In this document: one piece after another, positions 1 to 9,165 of the stretch | Numbering within the stretch: the first letter of the stretch is position 1 | How the letters are laid out: each line of letters begins with the position of its first letter | Assembly: GCF_001945605.1 (NCBI RefSeq) | Contig: NZ_MPKA01000044.1 | Location: 120,001 to 152,000, forward strand | Source: Dubosiella newyorkensis | GTDB lineage: Bacteria > Bacillota_I > Bacilli_A > Erysipelotrichales > Erysipelotrichaceae | DNA length: 32,000 bases | Reading direction: 5' to 3' | Made by a program: the position numbers and the translations under genes | The notes under the pieces: model-generated | Seen by the model: only the letters and a program-made list of their open reading frames with translations | What the model was told of the DNA's origin: nothing | Database searches by the model: none

Positions 1-852
1 TTAGATGGTCATGTGCGTATTTATATCGATCGCACGACTCATATGGTCCAAGAAGCAAAAGAAAGATTTGATATGAACCCGACCGCCACCGCGGCTTTAG
101 GAAGAACTTTATCCATCGCTTCGATGATGGGAAGCATGCTCAAAAGCGACCAAGAAATGCTCACGATCAATATCAATGGCCATGGGCCGATCGGCAGCAT
201 TGTGGTCGACGCTTACGCGAACGGAAACGTGCGCGGATTTGTTTCGGATCCGCAAGTCAAGGACGCTTTTAAAAATGGAAAGCTCGATGTAGGCGCCGTG
301 GTAGGAAAAGACGGATATCTTTCTGTCACAAAAGATTTGAACATGGAACAAAATTTCAAGGGGACCGTTGAGCTTCAATCAGGAGAGATCGGCGACGATT
401 TCGCCTATTACTTTACTGTTTCAGAACAAACACCGACCGCTGTTTCTGTCGGTGTATTGATCGGAACCGACGGAAATGTGTTGAGCGCAGGTGGATTGAT
501 CATTCAAATGATGCCTGATGCGAGCGATACCGACATTAGCATCTGCGAACACGTCTTGGAAGGTTTGAAGCCTATGTCGACGATCATCCAAGAATATGAC
601 GATGTCGAGCTCTCTCAATTGGCCAAGGATCTATTCGAGGATGTCAAGATCGTCGAGACAAGAGAGATCTGCTTCTCTTGTTCTTGTTCGAAGGAAAGGT
701 CGCAAGAAATCTTGATGACACTGCCAAAAGAAGACATCCAGAAGATGATCGACGAAGATGGCGGATGCGAGATCACGTGTAATTTTTGCAATGAGAAATA
801 TCAATTCAGCAAAGAAGAACTCGAAGCGATCCTCGAAAGAATGAATGCTTAA
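1..852 (+). CDS. hslO: Hsp33-family redox-regulated chaperone, 5' end outside the window
   Basis: Frame 1 is open from nt 1 ([10 protein letters not shown]...), so the GTG at 13 is probably internal. The C-terminal zinc motif CxC...CxxC is present (FSCSCSKER ... CNFCNEKY). TAA at 850-852. Confidence 0.9.
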   Translation, partial: LDGHVRIYIDRTTHMVQEAKERFDMNPTATAALGRTLSIASMMGSMLKSDQEMLTININGHGPIGSIVVDAYANGNVRGFVSDPQVKDAFKNGKLDVGAVVGKDGYLSVTKDLNMEQNFKGTVELQSGEIGDDFAYYFTVSEQTPTAVSVGVLIGTDGNVLSAGGLIIQMMPDASDTDISICEHVLEGLKPMSTIIQEYDDVELSQLAKDLFEDVKIVETREICFSCSCSKERSQEILMTLPKEDIQKMIDEDGGCEITCNFCNEKYQFSKEELEAILERMNA

Positions 853-1813
853 GATCGGAAACGTCACCTTAAAAAATCCGATCATCACCGCGCCACTAGC
901 GGGCGTGAGCAATCTTGCGTTTCGGAAGATCGCTCACGATTTTGGTGCGGGCATGACCTGCAATGAGATGGTCTCGGATAAAGCGCTTTATTACGATTCA
1001 AAAAAGACGTTGGCGATGCTTCAAACCGATCCATCCGATCATCCTGTCAGCTTTCAGATTTTTGGGCATGATGAAGATACACTTGTTCTAGCGGCTCGGT
1101 TTTTAGATACGCAAACGGATTGCGATATCATCGACTTCAATATGGGCTGTCCAGTCACGAAGGTGATCAAGGCGAAAGCCGGCAGCTTTATGATGAAAGA
1201 TGTCGAGTACGCGAAAAAAATCGTTTCCGCCATTGTACGGGCCGTCCATAAACCAGTCACCGTAAAAATGCGGATCGGATTCGATGTCGATCATATCAAC
1301 TGTGTCGAAATGGCGAAAGCCATGGAAGAAGCGGGTGTAAGTGCGATCTGTGTGCATGGACGTACACGCTCACAAATGTATGAAGGAAAAGCAGACTGGT
1401 CATGGATCAAGAAAGTCAAAGAAGCGGTCTCGATTCCTGTGATCGGAAACGGGGATGTGAAAACGGTCGAAGACTATTATCGAATGTTAGAAGAAACAGG
1501 CTGCGATGCGGTGATGATCGGAAGAGGAATCATCGGGAATCCGTTCTTGATTCAAGAGATCACGGCATCTTTTGAAGGGAAAAAGAAAGAACCATCGCTC
1601 CAAGAACGGTTAGAGATCTGTTTTCGGCATGCTACAGATCTTTGCGCGCTAAAAGGAGAAAAAGTAGGGATCCAGGAAATGCGGGGGATCGCGACATGGT
1701 ATTTCAAAGGGCTTCCAAATTCTCACGCGTACAAAGAGCATTTATCGAAGGTGACCTCTTTAGAGGAATTGAAAATGATTTTAGAGGATTTCAAGAAAGC
1801 CAACGAAGACTGA
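845..1813 (+). CDS. dus: tRNA-dihydrouridine synthase
   Basis: N-terminus [21 protein letters not shown] and TIM-barrel motifs ([22 protein letters not shown]) are typical of DusB. The ATG overlaps the hslO stop by 8 nt. Confidence 0.9.
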   Translation: MLKIGNVTLKNPIITAPLAGVSNLAFRKIAHDFGAGMTCNEMVSDKALYYDSKKTLAMLQTDPSDHPVSFQIFGHDEDTLVLAARFLDTQTDCDIIDFNMGCPVTKVIKAKAGSFMMKDVEYAKKIVSAIVRAVHKPVTVKMRIGFDVDHINCVEMAKAMEEAGVSAICVHGRTRSQMYEGKADWSWIKKVKEAVSIPVIGNGDVKTVEDYYRMLEETGCDAVMIGRGIIGNPFLIQEITASFEGKKKEPSLQERLEICFRHATDLCALKGEKVGIQEMRGIATWYFKGLPNSHAYKEHLSKVTSLEELKMILEDFKKANED

Positions 1814-1832
1814 ACAGTGTTCAATTTTTTTT
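1811..1832 (+). terminator. Weak rho-independent terminator after dus
   Basis: TGAAC-AGT-GTTCA (5-bp stem, 1811-1823) followed by A plus T8 (1825-1832). The short stem keeps confidence low. Confidence 0.4.
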
Positions 1833-1939
1833 GGTTGCACTTTTTATTTTACCTGTTTAAGTATAAAATATGTTTATAAAAGACAAATGAGAAAACAATG
1901 GAAAGGAGTACCGCTTGATTTTGAGCGGCAAATATTGGA

Positions 1940-3790
1940 ATGGACAAAAAGAAGACACAAGCCTTTTTTGAGGGACGCGAAATTAAAGCCTATACGATCT
2001 TTGGCGCGCATCCGGTAAAAAAAGGAGTGGAGTTTACATTATGGGCTCCTCATGCGCAAAAGATATCAGTCATTGGCTCATTCAACGATTGGGATCCTGA
2101 AGCGGATCCAATGAAGAAAGATGACGAAACGGGAATCTGGACAGCGACAGTCAAAGAGGCGGCACCTGGAGATTCTTATAAATATCGTGTGACCCAAGTT
2201 ACGGGAGATATTGTCGATAAGATCGACCCTTATGCGTTCTACTCGGAAAAACGCCCTCAAACGGCTTCGATCATCGCGGATCTGAGCTTTGATGGCTGGA
2301 CCGATCAAAAATGGATGGATCAAAGAACGGTCGGATTCGACGATCCGATCAGCATTTATGAGATCCATGTAGGCTCTTGGAAACGGGATCCTGAAATGGG
2401 TCCGAACGATTTTGTAAATTATCTTGATATCGTAGATGACTTGATCGAGGAATGCCATAAAAATCATTTTTCGCATGTCGAAGTCATGCCTTTGTGCGAA
2501 TATCCATTCGATGGATCTTGGGGCTATCAATGCACGGGTTATTTTTCGACGACTTCTCGTTATGGCACGAACCAAGATCTTATGGAATTTGTCAATCGGC
2601 TGCACAACGCGGGAATCGGGATCATCATGGACTTTGTCCCTGTCCATTTCGTGAAGGACAACTTCGCGCTTGCTCGCTTTGATGGAACTCCTTTGTACGA
2701 ATATCCAAATCCTGACGACGCCAATTCAGAATGGGGAACGGCGAACTTTGACTTATGGAAAGAAGAGGTGCGCTCGTTCTTGATGTCGGCTGCCAACTAT
2801 TGGCTGGATGTCTATCATTTTGACGGCCTTCGAGCGGACGCGATCTCGAATGCGATCTATTGGAAAGGCAATAAGGAGCGCGGAATGAACGAGGGCGCCT
2901 GCAATTTCATGAAGCGGATGAATTTCACCCTCAAGCAAGAATACAAAGGAAAGATCATGCTGATTGCGGAAGATTCGACCGACTTCCCGAATGTGACCAA
3001 ATCGACATTGGATGGCGGCTTAGGTTTCGATTACAAGTGGGATCTAGGCTGGATGAACGACACACTCAAGTATTTGAAGATGGATCCGATCTATCGCCAA
3101 TACCATCATAACGATATCACGTTCTCGATGGCGTATTTCTATTCAGAAAAATTTATCTTGCCATTCTCGCACGATGAAGTCGTTCATGGAAAAGCGACGA
3201 TCGTCGACAAGATGTGGGGAAGCTACGAAGATAAATTCGCCCAGGCCCGCGCCCTATATACATACATGTTTACGCATCCAGGTAAAAAATTGAACTTCAT
3301 GGGCAACGAGATCGGTATGTTTCGCGAATGGGATGAGCAAAAAGGAACGGATTGGTTCTTGCTTGAATATCCGATGCATGCGGCTTTCGAAAAATTCTTT
3401 GAAGACCTGACGGGTATTTATGCGGATAACGACGCGTACTATTTTGGCTATGATCCAACAAATTTCCAATGGATCAACGCGGATGACGCTTCGAGAAACT
3501 TATTCTCGTTCATGCGCAAAAGCAAAGACAAAACGTTTATCACGATCTTGAACTTCTCGACTAACCCATATAAAGCGCAATTTGGTGTACCGCATAAAGG
3601 GATCTATCGCGAGATCCTCAACAGCCAATGGAGCAAATACAATGGAACGCTGATCGACGAAACGCCTCAAGCCGTAAAGGCGCTTCGATTATCGCGCAAT
3701 AATTTCCCATACATGATCGAAATCAATGTTCCAGCCTTAGGCGGACAGATCTTTGTGGTCGATAATCCGGTAGAAAAAAGCAAAAAATAA
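1940..3790 (+). CDS. glgB: 1,4-alpha-glucan branching enzyme
   Basis: 616 aa. N-terminal CBM48-like region (FTLWAPHAQKISVIGSFNDWD). GH13 catalytic motifs are present (GIGIIMDFVPVHF, FDGLRADA, IAEDST, FSHDEV). Confidence 0.93.
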   Translation: MDKKKTQAFFEGREIKAYTIFGAHPVKKGVEFTLWAPHAQKISVIGSFNDWDPEADPMKKDDETGIWTATVKEAAPGDSYKYRVTQVTGDIVDKIDPYAFYSEKRPQTASIIADLSFDGWTDQKWMDQRTVGFDDPISIYEIHVGSWKRDPEMGPNDFVNYLDIVDDLIEECHKNHFSHVEVMPLCEYPFDGSWGYQCTGYFSTTSRYGTNQDLMEFVNRLHNAGIGIIMDFVPVHFVKDNFALARFDGTPLYEYPNPDDANSEWGTANFDLWKEEVRSFLMSAANYWLDVYHFDGLRADAISNAIYWKGNKERGMNEGACNFMKRMNFTLKQEYKGKIMLIAEDSTDFPNVTKSTLDGGLGFDYKWDLGWMNDTLKYLKMDPIYRQYHHNDITFSMAYFYSEKFILPFSHDEVVHGKATIVDKMWGSYEDKFAQARALYTYMFTHPGKKLNFMGNEIGMFREWDEQKGTDWFLLEYPMHAAFEKFFEDLTGIYADNDAYYFGYDPTNFQWINADDASRNLFSFMRKSKDKTFITILNFSTNPYKAQFGVPHKGIYREILNSQWSKYNGTLIDETPQAVKALRLSRNNFPYMIEINVPALGGQIFVVDNPVEKSKK

Positions 3791-3794
3791 AAAC

Positions 3795-3826
3795 AGACCG
3801 ACAATTGTCGGTCTTTCTTGTCTTTT
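3795..3826 (+). terminator. Rho-independent terminator after glgB
   Basis: AGACCGAC-AATT-GTCGGTCT (8-bp stem, 3795-3814) followed by a T-rich tail, TTCTTGTCTTTT. Confidence 0.7.
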
Positions 3827-3872
3827 GGAATAGTGGTACACTAAAGGCGTATAACGAATGAAGGAGAAATAT

Positions 3873-4688
3873 ATGCAAAATTCAGAACTAGAAAGGCATG
3901 CCAATCAAGTCCGCAAGGATATTATTCTCGAAACACATGCTGCGCAAAGCGGCCATCCTGGTGGAAGCTTAGGAGCCGCAGATCTGTTGACAAGCCTCTA
4001 TTTCGAAGAAATGGATATAAATGAAGAAAATGTCGGCACATTGGATCGTGACCGTTTTGTCCTCAGCAAAGGGCATGCCAGTCCAGCTCTATATGGTGTA
4101 TTAGCAGAAAAAGGACTTTTAGATCCTGAACTTTTGATTACTTTTCGTAAAATGGGTTCTCCCCTTCAAGGACACCCAAGCATGCGTTATCTAAAGGGGG
4201 TCGACATGTCGACTGGATCTTTAGGTCAAGGTGTCTCGGCAGCCGTGGGTATGGCGCTCGCCAATAAACTTGACGGAAACACGCATCGGATCTATACGCT
4301 TTTAGGCGATGGAGAATGCCAGGAAGGTGAAGTGTGGGAAGCGATCATGTCCGCTGCCCATTATGGACTCGACAATCTTTGCATTCTTGTCGACAACAAC
4401 GACCTACAGATCGATGGACACGTCAAAGATGTCATGAGCATTTACCCGCTGACCGATAAATTCAAAGCATTCAATTGCTATACGATTGATATCGACGGTC
4501 ATGATTTCGACGCGATCCGTTCAGCGTTTGCCAAAGCGAGAGAAAACAAAGGCAAACCAACGGTCATCATCGCGAAAACGATCAAAGGAAAAGGTGTCTC
4601 CTTCATGGAAAACAAAGTCAATTGGCATGGAGTCGCACCAAAAGATCAAGATAAAGAGCAAGCACTCAAAGAATTGGAGGCAAACTAA
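3873..4688 (+). CDS. Transketolase, N-terminal (TPP-binding) subunit of a split transketolase
   Basis: SGHPGGSLGAADL and GDGECQEGEVWEA (TPP-binding GDG...E) motifs. I prefer ATG 3873 (AAGGAG 7 nt upstream) over the ORF-track start at 3858. Confidence 0.9.
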   Translation: MQNSELERHANQVRKDIILETHAAQSGHPGGSLGAADLLTSLYFEEMDINEENVGTLDRDRFVLSKGHASPALYGVLAEKGLLDPELLITFRKMGSPLQGHPSMRYLKGVDMSTGSLGQGVSAAVGMALANKLDGNTHRIYTLLGDGECQEGEVWEAIMSAAHYGLDNLCILVDNNDLQIDGHVKDVMSIYPLTDKFKAFNCYTIDIDGHDFDAIRSAFAKARENKGKPTVIIAKTIKGKGVSFMENKVNWHGVAPKDQDKEQALKELEAN

Positions 4689-4689
4689 T

Positions 4690-5613
4690 ATGGCAAAGAT
4701 CGCGACCCGCGTCGCTTATGGAGACGCTTTAAAAGAGCTGATGAAGGACGATATCAATATTGTTGCCTTAGACGCCGATCTAGCCGGCAGCACAAAAGGG
4801 GCGGAAGCCGACAAGGTCGCTCCAGAACGCCACTTTGATATGGGAATCGCCGAAGGAAATATGATGGCTGTCGCGGCGGGTCTTGCGGCAAGTGGCAAGA
4901 TCGCTTTCGCGAGCACGTTTGCGATGTTTGCGACAGGAAGAGCCTATGAACAGATCCGCAACTCGATCTGCTACCCGGCGCTGAATGTCAAGATCTGCGC
5001 TTCCCATGCGGGCGTGAGCGTCGGGGAAGATGGAGCGAGCCATCAATGTATCGAGGATATTTCTTTGATGCGTTCCATACCGAATATGCGGGTGATCGTT
5101 CCTTGCGATTATCAAGAAGCCAAACAAGCCATTAAACAGATCGCGTATCTAGATGGGCCTTATTATGTTCGTTTAGGAAGAAGCGGCGTTGAAGAAGTCA
5201 ACGATGAAAATTATACATTCGAGCTAGGCAAAGGGGTCGTTTTAAAAGAGGGCGAAGACAACAAGATCGCCTTAATCGGAAGCGGCAGCACCGTGCAGGA
5301 ATGCTTGAAAGCGTATGAAGCGATGGCAAAGAAGCCAACAGTTGTCAATATTCATACGATCGCTCCGATCGATCGGGATTTGATCCAAAACTTAGCAAAC
5401 ACATACGATAGGATCATTACGGTCGAGGATCACCTTGTGACAGGTGGCCTAGGTTCAGCGGTGGCGGAAGTTATGGCTGAAAGTGGCGGAAAGGCAAAAC
5501 TCACGCGCTTAGGTATTCCGGACGTGTTTGGCGAAAGCGGAAAGCCAGACGAGCTTTATCATAAGTTCGGTATCGATGCCGCTTCGATCCAGAAAGAAGC
5601 AGAACGGGCATAA
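4690..5613 (+). CDS. Transketolase, C-terminal (pyrimidine-binding) subunit
   Basis: MAKIATRVAYGDAL..., FDMGIAEGNMMAVAAGLA and SHAGVSVGEDGASHQ motifs. ATG 4690 lies 1 nt after the stop of the N-terminal subunit. The ORF-track extension back to 4486 is only an open alternate frame inside the upstream gene. Confidence 0.9.
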   Translation: MAKIATRVAYGDALKELMKDDINIVALDADLAGSTKGAEADKVAPERHFDMGIAEGNMMAVAAGLAASGKIAFASTFAMFATGRAYEQIRNSICYPALNVKICASHAGVSVGEDGASHQCIEDISLMRSIPNMRVIVPCDYQEAKQAIKQIAYLDGPYYVRLGRSGVEEVNDENYTFELGKGVVLKEGEDNKIALIGSGSTVQECLKAYEAMAKKPTVVNIHTIAPIDRDLIQNLANTYDRIITVEDHLVTGGLGSAVAEVMAESGGKAKLTRLGIPDVFGESGKPDELYHKFGIDAASIQKEAERA

Positions 5614-6203
5614 TGGCGCATTATTTTACGGACCAATCCGAGGTGGAAGATCGTCCTTTCGAGATCCACTTTGACCTAATGGATCGATCCTTTTCTCTGC
5701 ACTCGAATTTGGGGGTCTTTTCGAAAGACAAGCTCGATGAAGGGACCCGCCTTCTTTTAGAGAACGTATTGAAGGAGCAGGAGCCGCCAAAAAATTGTTT
5801 GGATCTCGGGTGCGGGATCGGTGTCGTTTCAATCGTTCTAAAATCATTTTGGGATACAAAAATGACGTTGATTGATGTCAACGACAGAGCGCTTTCTTTA
5901 GCGAAAGAAAATATGGGATCGCATCATTTTGAGGGCGAATTTTTCTTGAAAGATCGAGTCGATACCGGAGAATACGCATGTATCGTATGCAATCCGCCGA
6001 TCCGAATCGGAAAAAAGCCGATGTATGCGCTCTTGGATTCTGCCCTTTCGCATCTAGAGCAAGGCGGACATCTTTGGATCGTGATCCGCAAAAGTCATGG
6101 GGCGCAAAGTGCGATCAAGCATTTTGAAGAACAAGGCTGCGAAGTAGAGAAGGTCGATAGTAAAAAGGGCTATTGGGTCTTGAAGATCACGCCAGGCGTG
6201 TGA
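5613..6203 (+). CDS. Class I SAM-dependent methyltransferase, RsmC/MTS-like small domain
   Basis: SAM motif I LDLGCGIGVV and motif IV VCNPPIRIGK (NPP-type). The start overlaps the transketolase stop (ATAATG). Confidence 0.75.
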   Translation: MAHYFTDQSEVEDRPFEIHFDLMDRSFSLHSNLGVFSKDKLDEGTRLLLENVLKEQEPPKNCLDLGCGIGVVSIVLKSFWDTKMTLIDVNDRALSLAKENMGSHHFEGEFFLKDRVDTGEYACIVCNPPIRIGKKPMYALLDSALSHLEQGGHLWIVIRKSHGAQSAIKHFEEQGCEVEKVDSKKGYWVLKITPGV

Positions 6204-6235
6204 GCATATTTGTATTTTTTCCCCTATAACAATTC

Positions 6236-6241
6236 TATAAT
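6236..6241 (+). promoter_or_regulatory. Candidate -10 box (TATAAT) for the 66-aa ORF
   Basis: Perfect TATAAT 26 nt upstream of ATG 6268. No convincing -35 at 16-18 nt spacing. Confidence 0.4.
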
Positions 6242-6267
6242 GGAAATAGAAATTGGAGGAATAAACA

Positions 6268-6468
6268 ATGGCTGAAGAAAAGAAATGCTTACGCGACAAA
6301 GTGCCAGCCGATAGCTTAACTGGCTTGTTTATGCAAATCTCGCATAAAATTTGTAATGGAAGCGAAGAAGAGATCGTCAATGACCGCCTTTTCTACAATA
6401 TGGAAAAGCACGATAAAGAAGAATTGAAGAAATTATTGACCAAAGCTCTTCGTTCCATGGAAGAATAA
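6268..6468 (+). CDS. Hypothetical small protein (66 aa)
   Basis: GGAGGA RBS 8 nt upstream, its own -10 box and its own strong terminator. I recognise no family. Confidence 0.55.
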   Translation: MAEEKKCLRDKVPADSLTGLFMQISHKICNGSEEEIVNDRLFYNMEKHDKEELKKLLTKALRSMEE

Positions 6469-6479
6469 TGAAATTAAAA

Positions 6480-6512
6480 GAAGCAAACAAATGAGCGTTT
6501 GCTTCTTTTTTT
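6480..6512 (+). terminator. Rho-independent terminator
   Basis: GAAGCAAAC-AAATGAGC-GTTTGCTTC (9-bp stem) followed by T7. Confidence 0.8.
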
Positions 6513-6609
6513 GTGGTCAATTGATGTGAAATTATAAAATCGATCTTTTTTAAGACCATTTTTCTAAAAAAATTCGTATTGAAAGAAGGTGAAACGAGAG
6601 GAGAAGAAG

Positions 6610-9165
6610 ATGATCAAAAAAATATTCGGGGTCTTCTTTGCGAGCTGGCTTTGTATTTCGCCTAGCTTTCTCTACGCAAAAGAGGAACAAGTAAAACTTC
6701 ATGTTGAAGTCGATGGACCAGGTACGATCTGGATCGATGATCAGCGAGTCCAAAAAGAAGCCCCACTAGAACAAAGGCTCGATCGCGGCGCTATCCTTTC
6801 CATTTTGGTAAGCGGCCAGATCGAATCAATGCTGATCAATGGACAAACACAGAGCGCCTTCGAAGAAAAAGAAATCGTGCTCGAAGACGATACAACGATC
6901 AAGATCGCGTTTCAAGAAGCGGAAAATGAGCTAGAAAAAAAGGGGATCTTTCTTGATATAGAGAATATGGGGATGATTCCAGCCCATCAAGAAGCGATAT
7001 TAGAATCTTATCAAAGAGGAGAAGAAGCGCACTATGTCCAGGAAAGATTCAAGGCGGCTAAAAAAACGGGACTGATCGATTATGTCGATGATCATGGCTT
7101 TTTGACTCCCCAATTTGGCAAGATGTTTTCCTGGATCTCTCTTGATGTGCCAGACGCGATCCTTTTAAAGAAGATCGAAACACCAGAGACGATTTTAGAG
7201 CCTATGGAACTTATTCCCGAGACAAAAGGCTATTCTGTGATCGATTCAGCGCATTTTACGGCCCACGTTTCTCCGGGCTACATTTCAAATGGCTTATGGA
7301 GACTCTCGAATGGAAAGCTCGCCTATTGTGCTCAAGCGATGATGGCAGAACCTATGATCAACGACGCGACAAGCGATCCATTTCTTGTCGATAATGCTGC
7401 GCTAAGAAAGGCGCTCTATTATGGACACGATGGACCAGGAAATATCCTTCCTTCGAAAGGGTGGGATGTGGCTAAGCAAATCGTTGCCACCAATGATTTT
7501 TGTTCGATGGCCTATACAGGTGTTTCGCTTGGAAACCAAGCCGCGAATGGTTGGCATTGGAACAATTGGATCAGGAGCGCCTATGAGGAGATCATGGCTA
7601 AACCCGATCCGATCCAATACGGCTATGTAGCCTACATGGTCAAGACGCCTGGAAGCGGCATCAACTGGGCGGGACAGCATGCGTCTAAACAAAATCTAGC
7701 GTTCGGGGATTATGAACCGACAGGAAGCTTACAAATCAAAAAAAGTTCATCGAATCCAAGCATTTCGCAACACAATCCAAATTATAGTTTTCATCGCGCC
7801 AAATATGGCCTCTATAGCGATCCAAAAGCGACGCAGCTCGTTGGAGAGTTTATTTTTGATGCCAATGGCGTATCCAACACGATTTCCAATTTAAAATATA
7901 AAACATTTTATTTAAAAGAGCTGAGCGCGCCGCAAGGCTTCGCGCTCGATCCAACGATCTATTCGATAACGATTTCCAAATCTACGACACAATTTGAAGT
8001 CAAAGATCTTCCAAAGATCAATCCTGTTTCGCTTTTGCTCAAAAAAGTCGATCAACAGACGGGACTCTCGAAACCGCAAGGATCGGGAAGCCTGCAAGGC
8101 GCGGAGTATCGAGTGGACTACTATGCCGACGCCAAAAAGGCACCTATACGTTCCTGGGTGCTAAGAAGCGATGCGAATGGTGAAATTTATTTAAAAGACG
8201 CTTACAAAGTTTCTGGCGATCCCTTTTATACGAATTCGCTCGGACAGCCTGGTTTTCCGATCGGCACGATCAAGATCCAGGAGATCAAAGCCCCTTCTGG
8301 ATATTTATTGGACCCTGAAATTAGAGAAATACAGATCAGGGATGCGGGTAATGTGGAAACGCTTCTTTCCTTCAAAGCGATCGAATGGAAGGAAGCTCCC
8401 ATTTCTTTGACTATTTTCAAGCATCAAAAAGGGATGGACGTGCCAATCGCGGGCACTCGCTTTATTCATACGCTGCCAGATGGGTCGCAAAACGAGCTCG
8501 TCAGCGATGAGAATGGAAGGATCGATCTTGCGGGGCTGGCGTTTGGAGAACATCGTATTGAGGAAGCCGAAGCGAAAAATGGATATGTGTTAGATCCATC
8601 GCCTTTTGTGTTTGTTGCCAAGGAGTCGGGAATCGAAGTGAAAGAGTGTCCTCCTTGTATGGAATGGGATGGGAGAGTATTGAAAGTCGAAAACGCACCA
8701 ACTTCGTTTTCGATCAAAGTCCATAAACAGAATCGGGCCAAGACGGCATTAGAGGGCGCAGAGTTTACTCTTTATAAAGCGGAGGATTCAAGTGAAGCGT
8801 TCCAGATCAAGACAAGCGATGAAAATGGCGATCTTGCCTTCTCCAATTTAGAAGAGGGCAAGGAGTATATCTTGAAAGAAACAAAGGCGCCGCCAGGGTA
8901 TCGGCTCCCGCTCGATGAGGCGCATTCGATCAAGGTGGAGACGATTCCAACCCAAAATAAGGTGAATGTTTGGATCGATGGCATCCTTCAAGAGGGTCCA
9001 CACTTTGATTGGGAACAAAAACAATTGAATATGCTCGTCTACAACCAAGAGCAGATGGTCTTGCCGAATACGGCTTTGTTTGTCGCCAGCTCATGGGGAA
9101 GTTTGCTTGTTTTGGCGAGTATAGGAATGATTTATAAAAAGAGAAAGGATATTGGTCATGAATAA
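6610..9165 (+). CDS. Large sortase-anchored surface adhesin, probable pilus tip/minor pilin with four Cna-B/SpaA-type domains
   Basis: I prefer ATG 6610 (GAGGAG upstream; signal peptide MIKKIFGVFFASWLCISPSFLYA/KEE). Four E-box-like motifs are present (YLKELSAPQGF, IKIQEIKAPSGY, HRIEEAEAKNGY, YILKETKAPPGY). The C-terminal sorting signal is LPNTA plus a hydrophobic stretch plus KKRKD. Confidence 0.8.
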   Translation: MIKKIFGVFFASWLCISPSFLYAKEEQVKLHVEVDGPGTIWIDDQRVQKEAPLEQRLDRGAILSILVSGQIESMLINGQTQSAFEEKEIVLEDDTTIKIAFQEAENELEKKGIFLDIENMGMIPAHQEAILESYQRGEEAHYVQERFKAAKKTGLIDYVDDHGFLTPQFGKMFSWISLDVPDAILLKKIETPETILEPMELIPETKGYSVIDSAHFTAHVSPGYISNGLWRLSNGKLAYCAQAMMAEPMINDATSDPFLVDNAALRKALYYGHDGPGNILPSKGWDVAKQIVATNDFCSMAYTGVSLGNQAANGWHWNNWIRSAYEEIMAKPDPIQYGYVAYMVKTPGSGINWAGQHASKQNLAFGDYEPTGSLQIKKSSSNPSISQHNPNYSFHRAKYGLYSDPKATQLVGEFIFDANGVSNTISNLKYKTFYLKELSAPQGFALDPTIYSITISKSTTQFEVKDLPKINPVSLLLKKVDQQTGLSKPQGSGSLQGAEYRVDYYADAKKAPIRSWVLRSDANGEIYLKDAYKVSGDPFYTNSLGQPGFPIGTIKIQEIKAPSGYLLDPEIREIQIRDAGNVETLLSFKAIEWKEAPISLTIFKHQKGMDVPIAGTRFIHTLPDGSQNELVSDENGRIDLAGLAFGEHRIEEAEAKNGYVLDPSPFVFVAKESGIEVKECPPCMEWDGRVLKVENAPTSFSIKVHKQNRAKTALEGAEFTLYKAEDSSEAFQIKTSDENGDLAFSNLEEGKEYILKETKAPPGYRLPLDEAHSIKVETIPTQNKVNVWIDGILQEGPHFDWEQKQLNMLVYNQEQMVLPNTALFVASSWGSLLVLASIGMIYKKRKDIGHE

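Noticed and set aside
4486-4689. Long N-terminal extension of the transketolase C-subunit ORF in the ORF track (375 aa)
   Set aside because: The extension lies entirely inside the upstream transketolase N-subunit gene in another frame and is basic, low-complexity sequence. The family-typical N-terminus (MAKIATRVAYGDAL) starts at ATG 4690.
6268-6468. 66-aa ORF as a truncated MarR-family remnant (C-terminal EELKKLLTKAL resembles MarR tails)
   Set aside because: There is no room upstream for the wHTH portion, because the methyltransferase gene ends 65 nt away. The ORF also has its own -10 box, RBS and terminator, so it is better treated as an intact small gene of unknown function.
6589-6609. 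GTG 6589 as the start of the adhesin, and TTG 9152 as the start of the shaft pilin
   Set aside because: The downstream ATGs (6610, 9158) have better RBS spacing and give canonical signal peptides (MIKK..., MNKS...).
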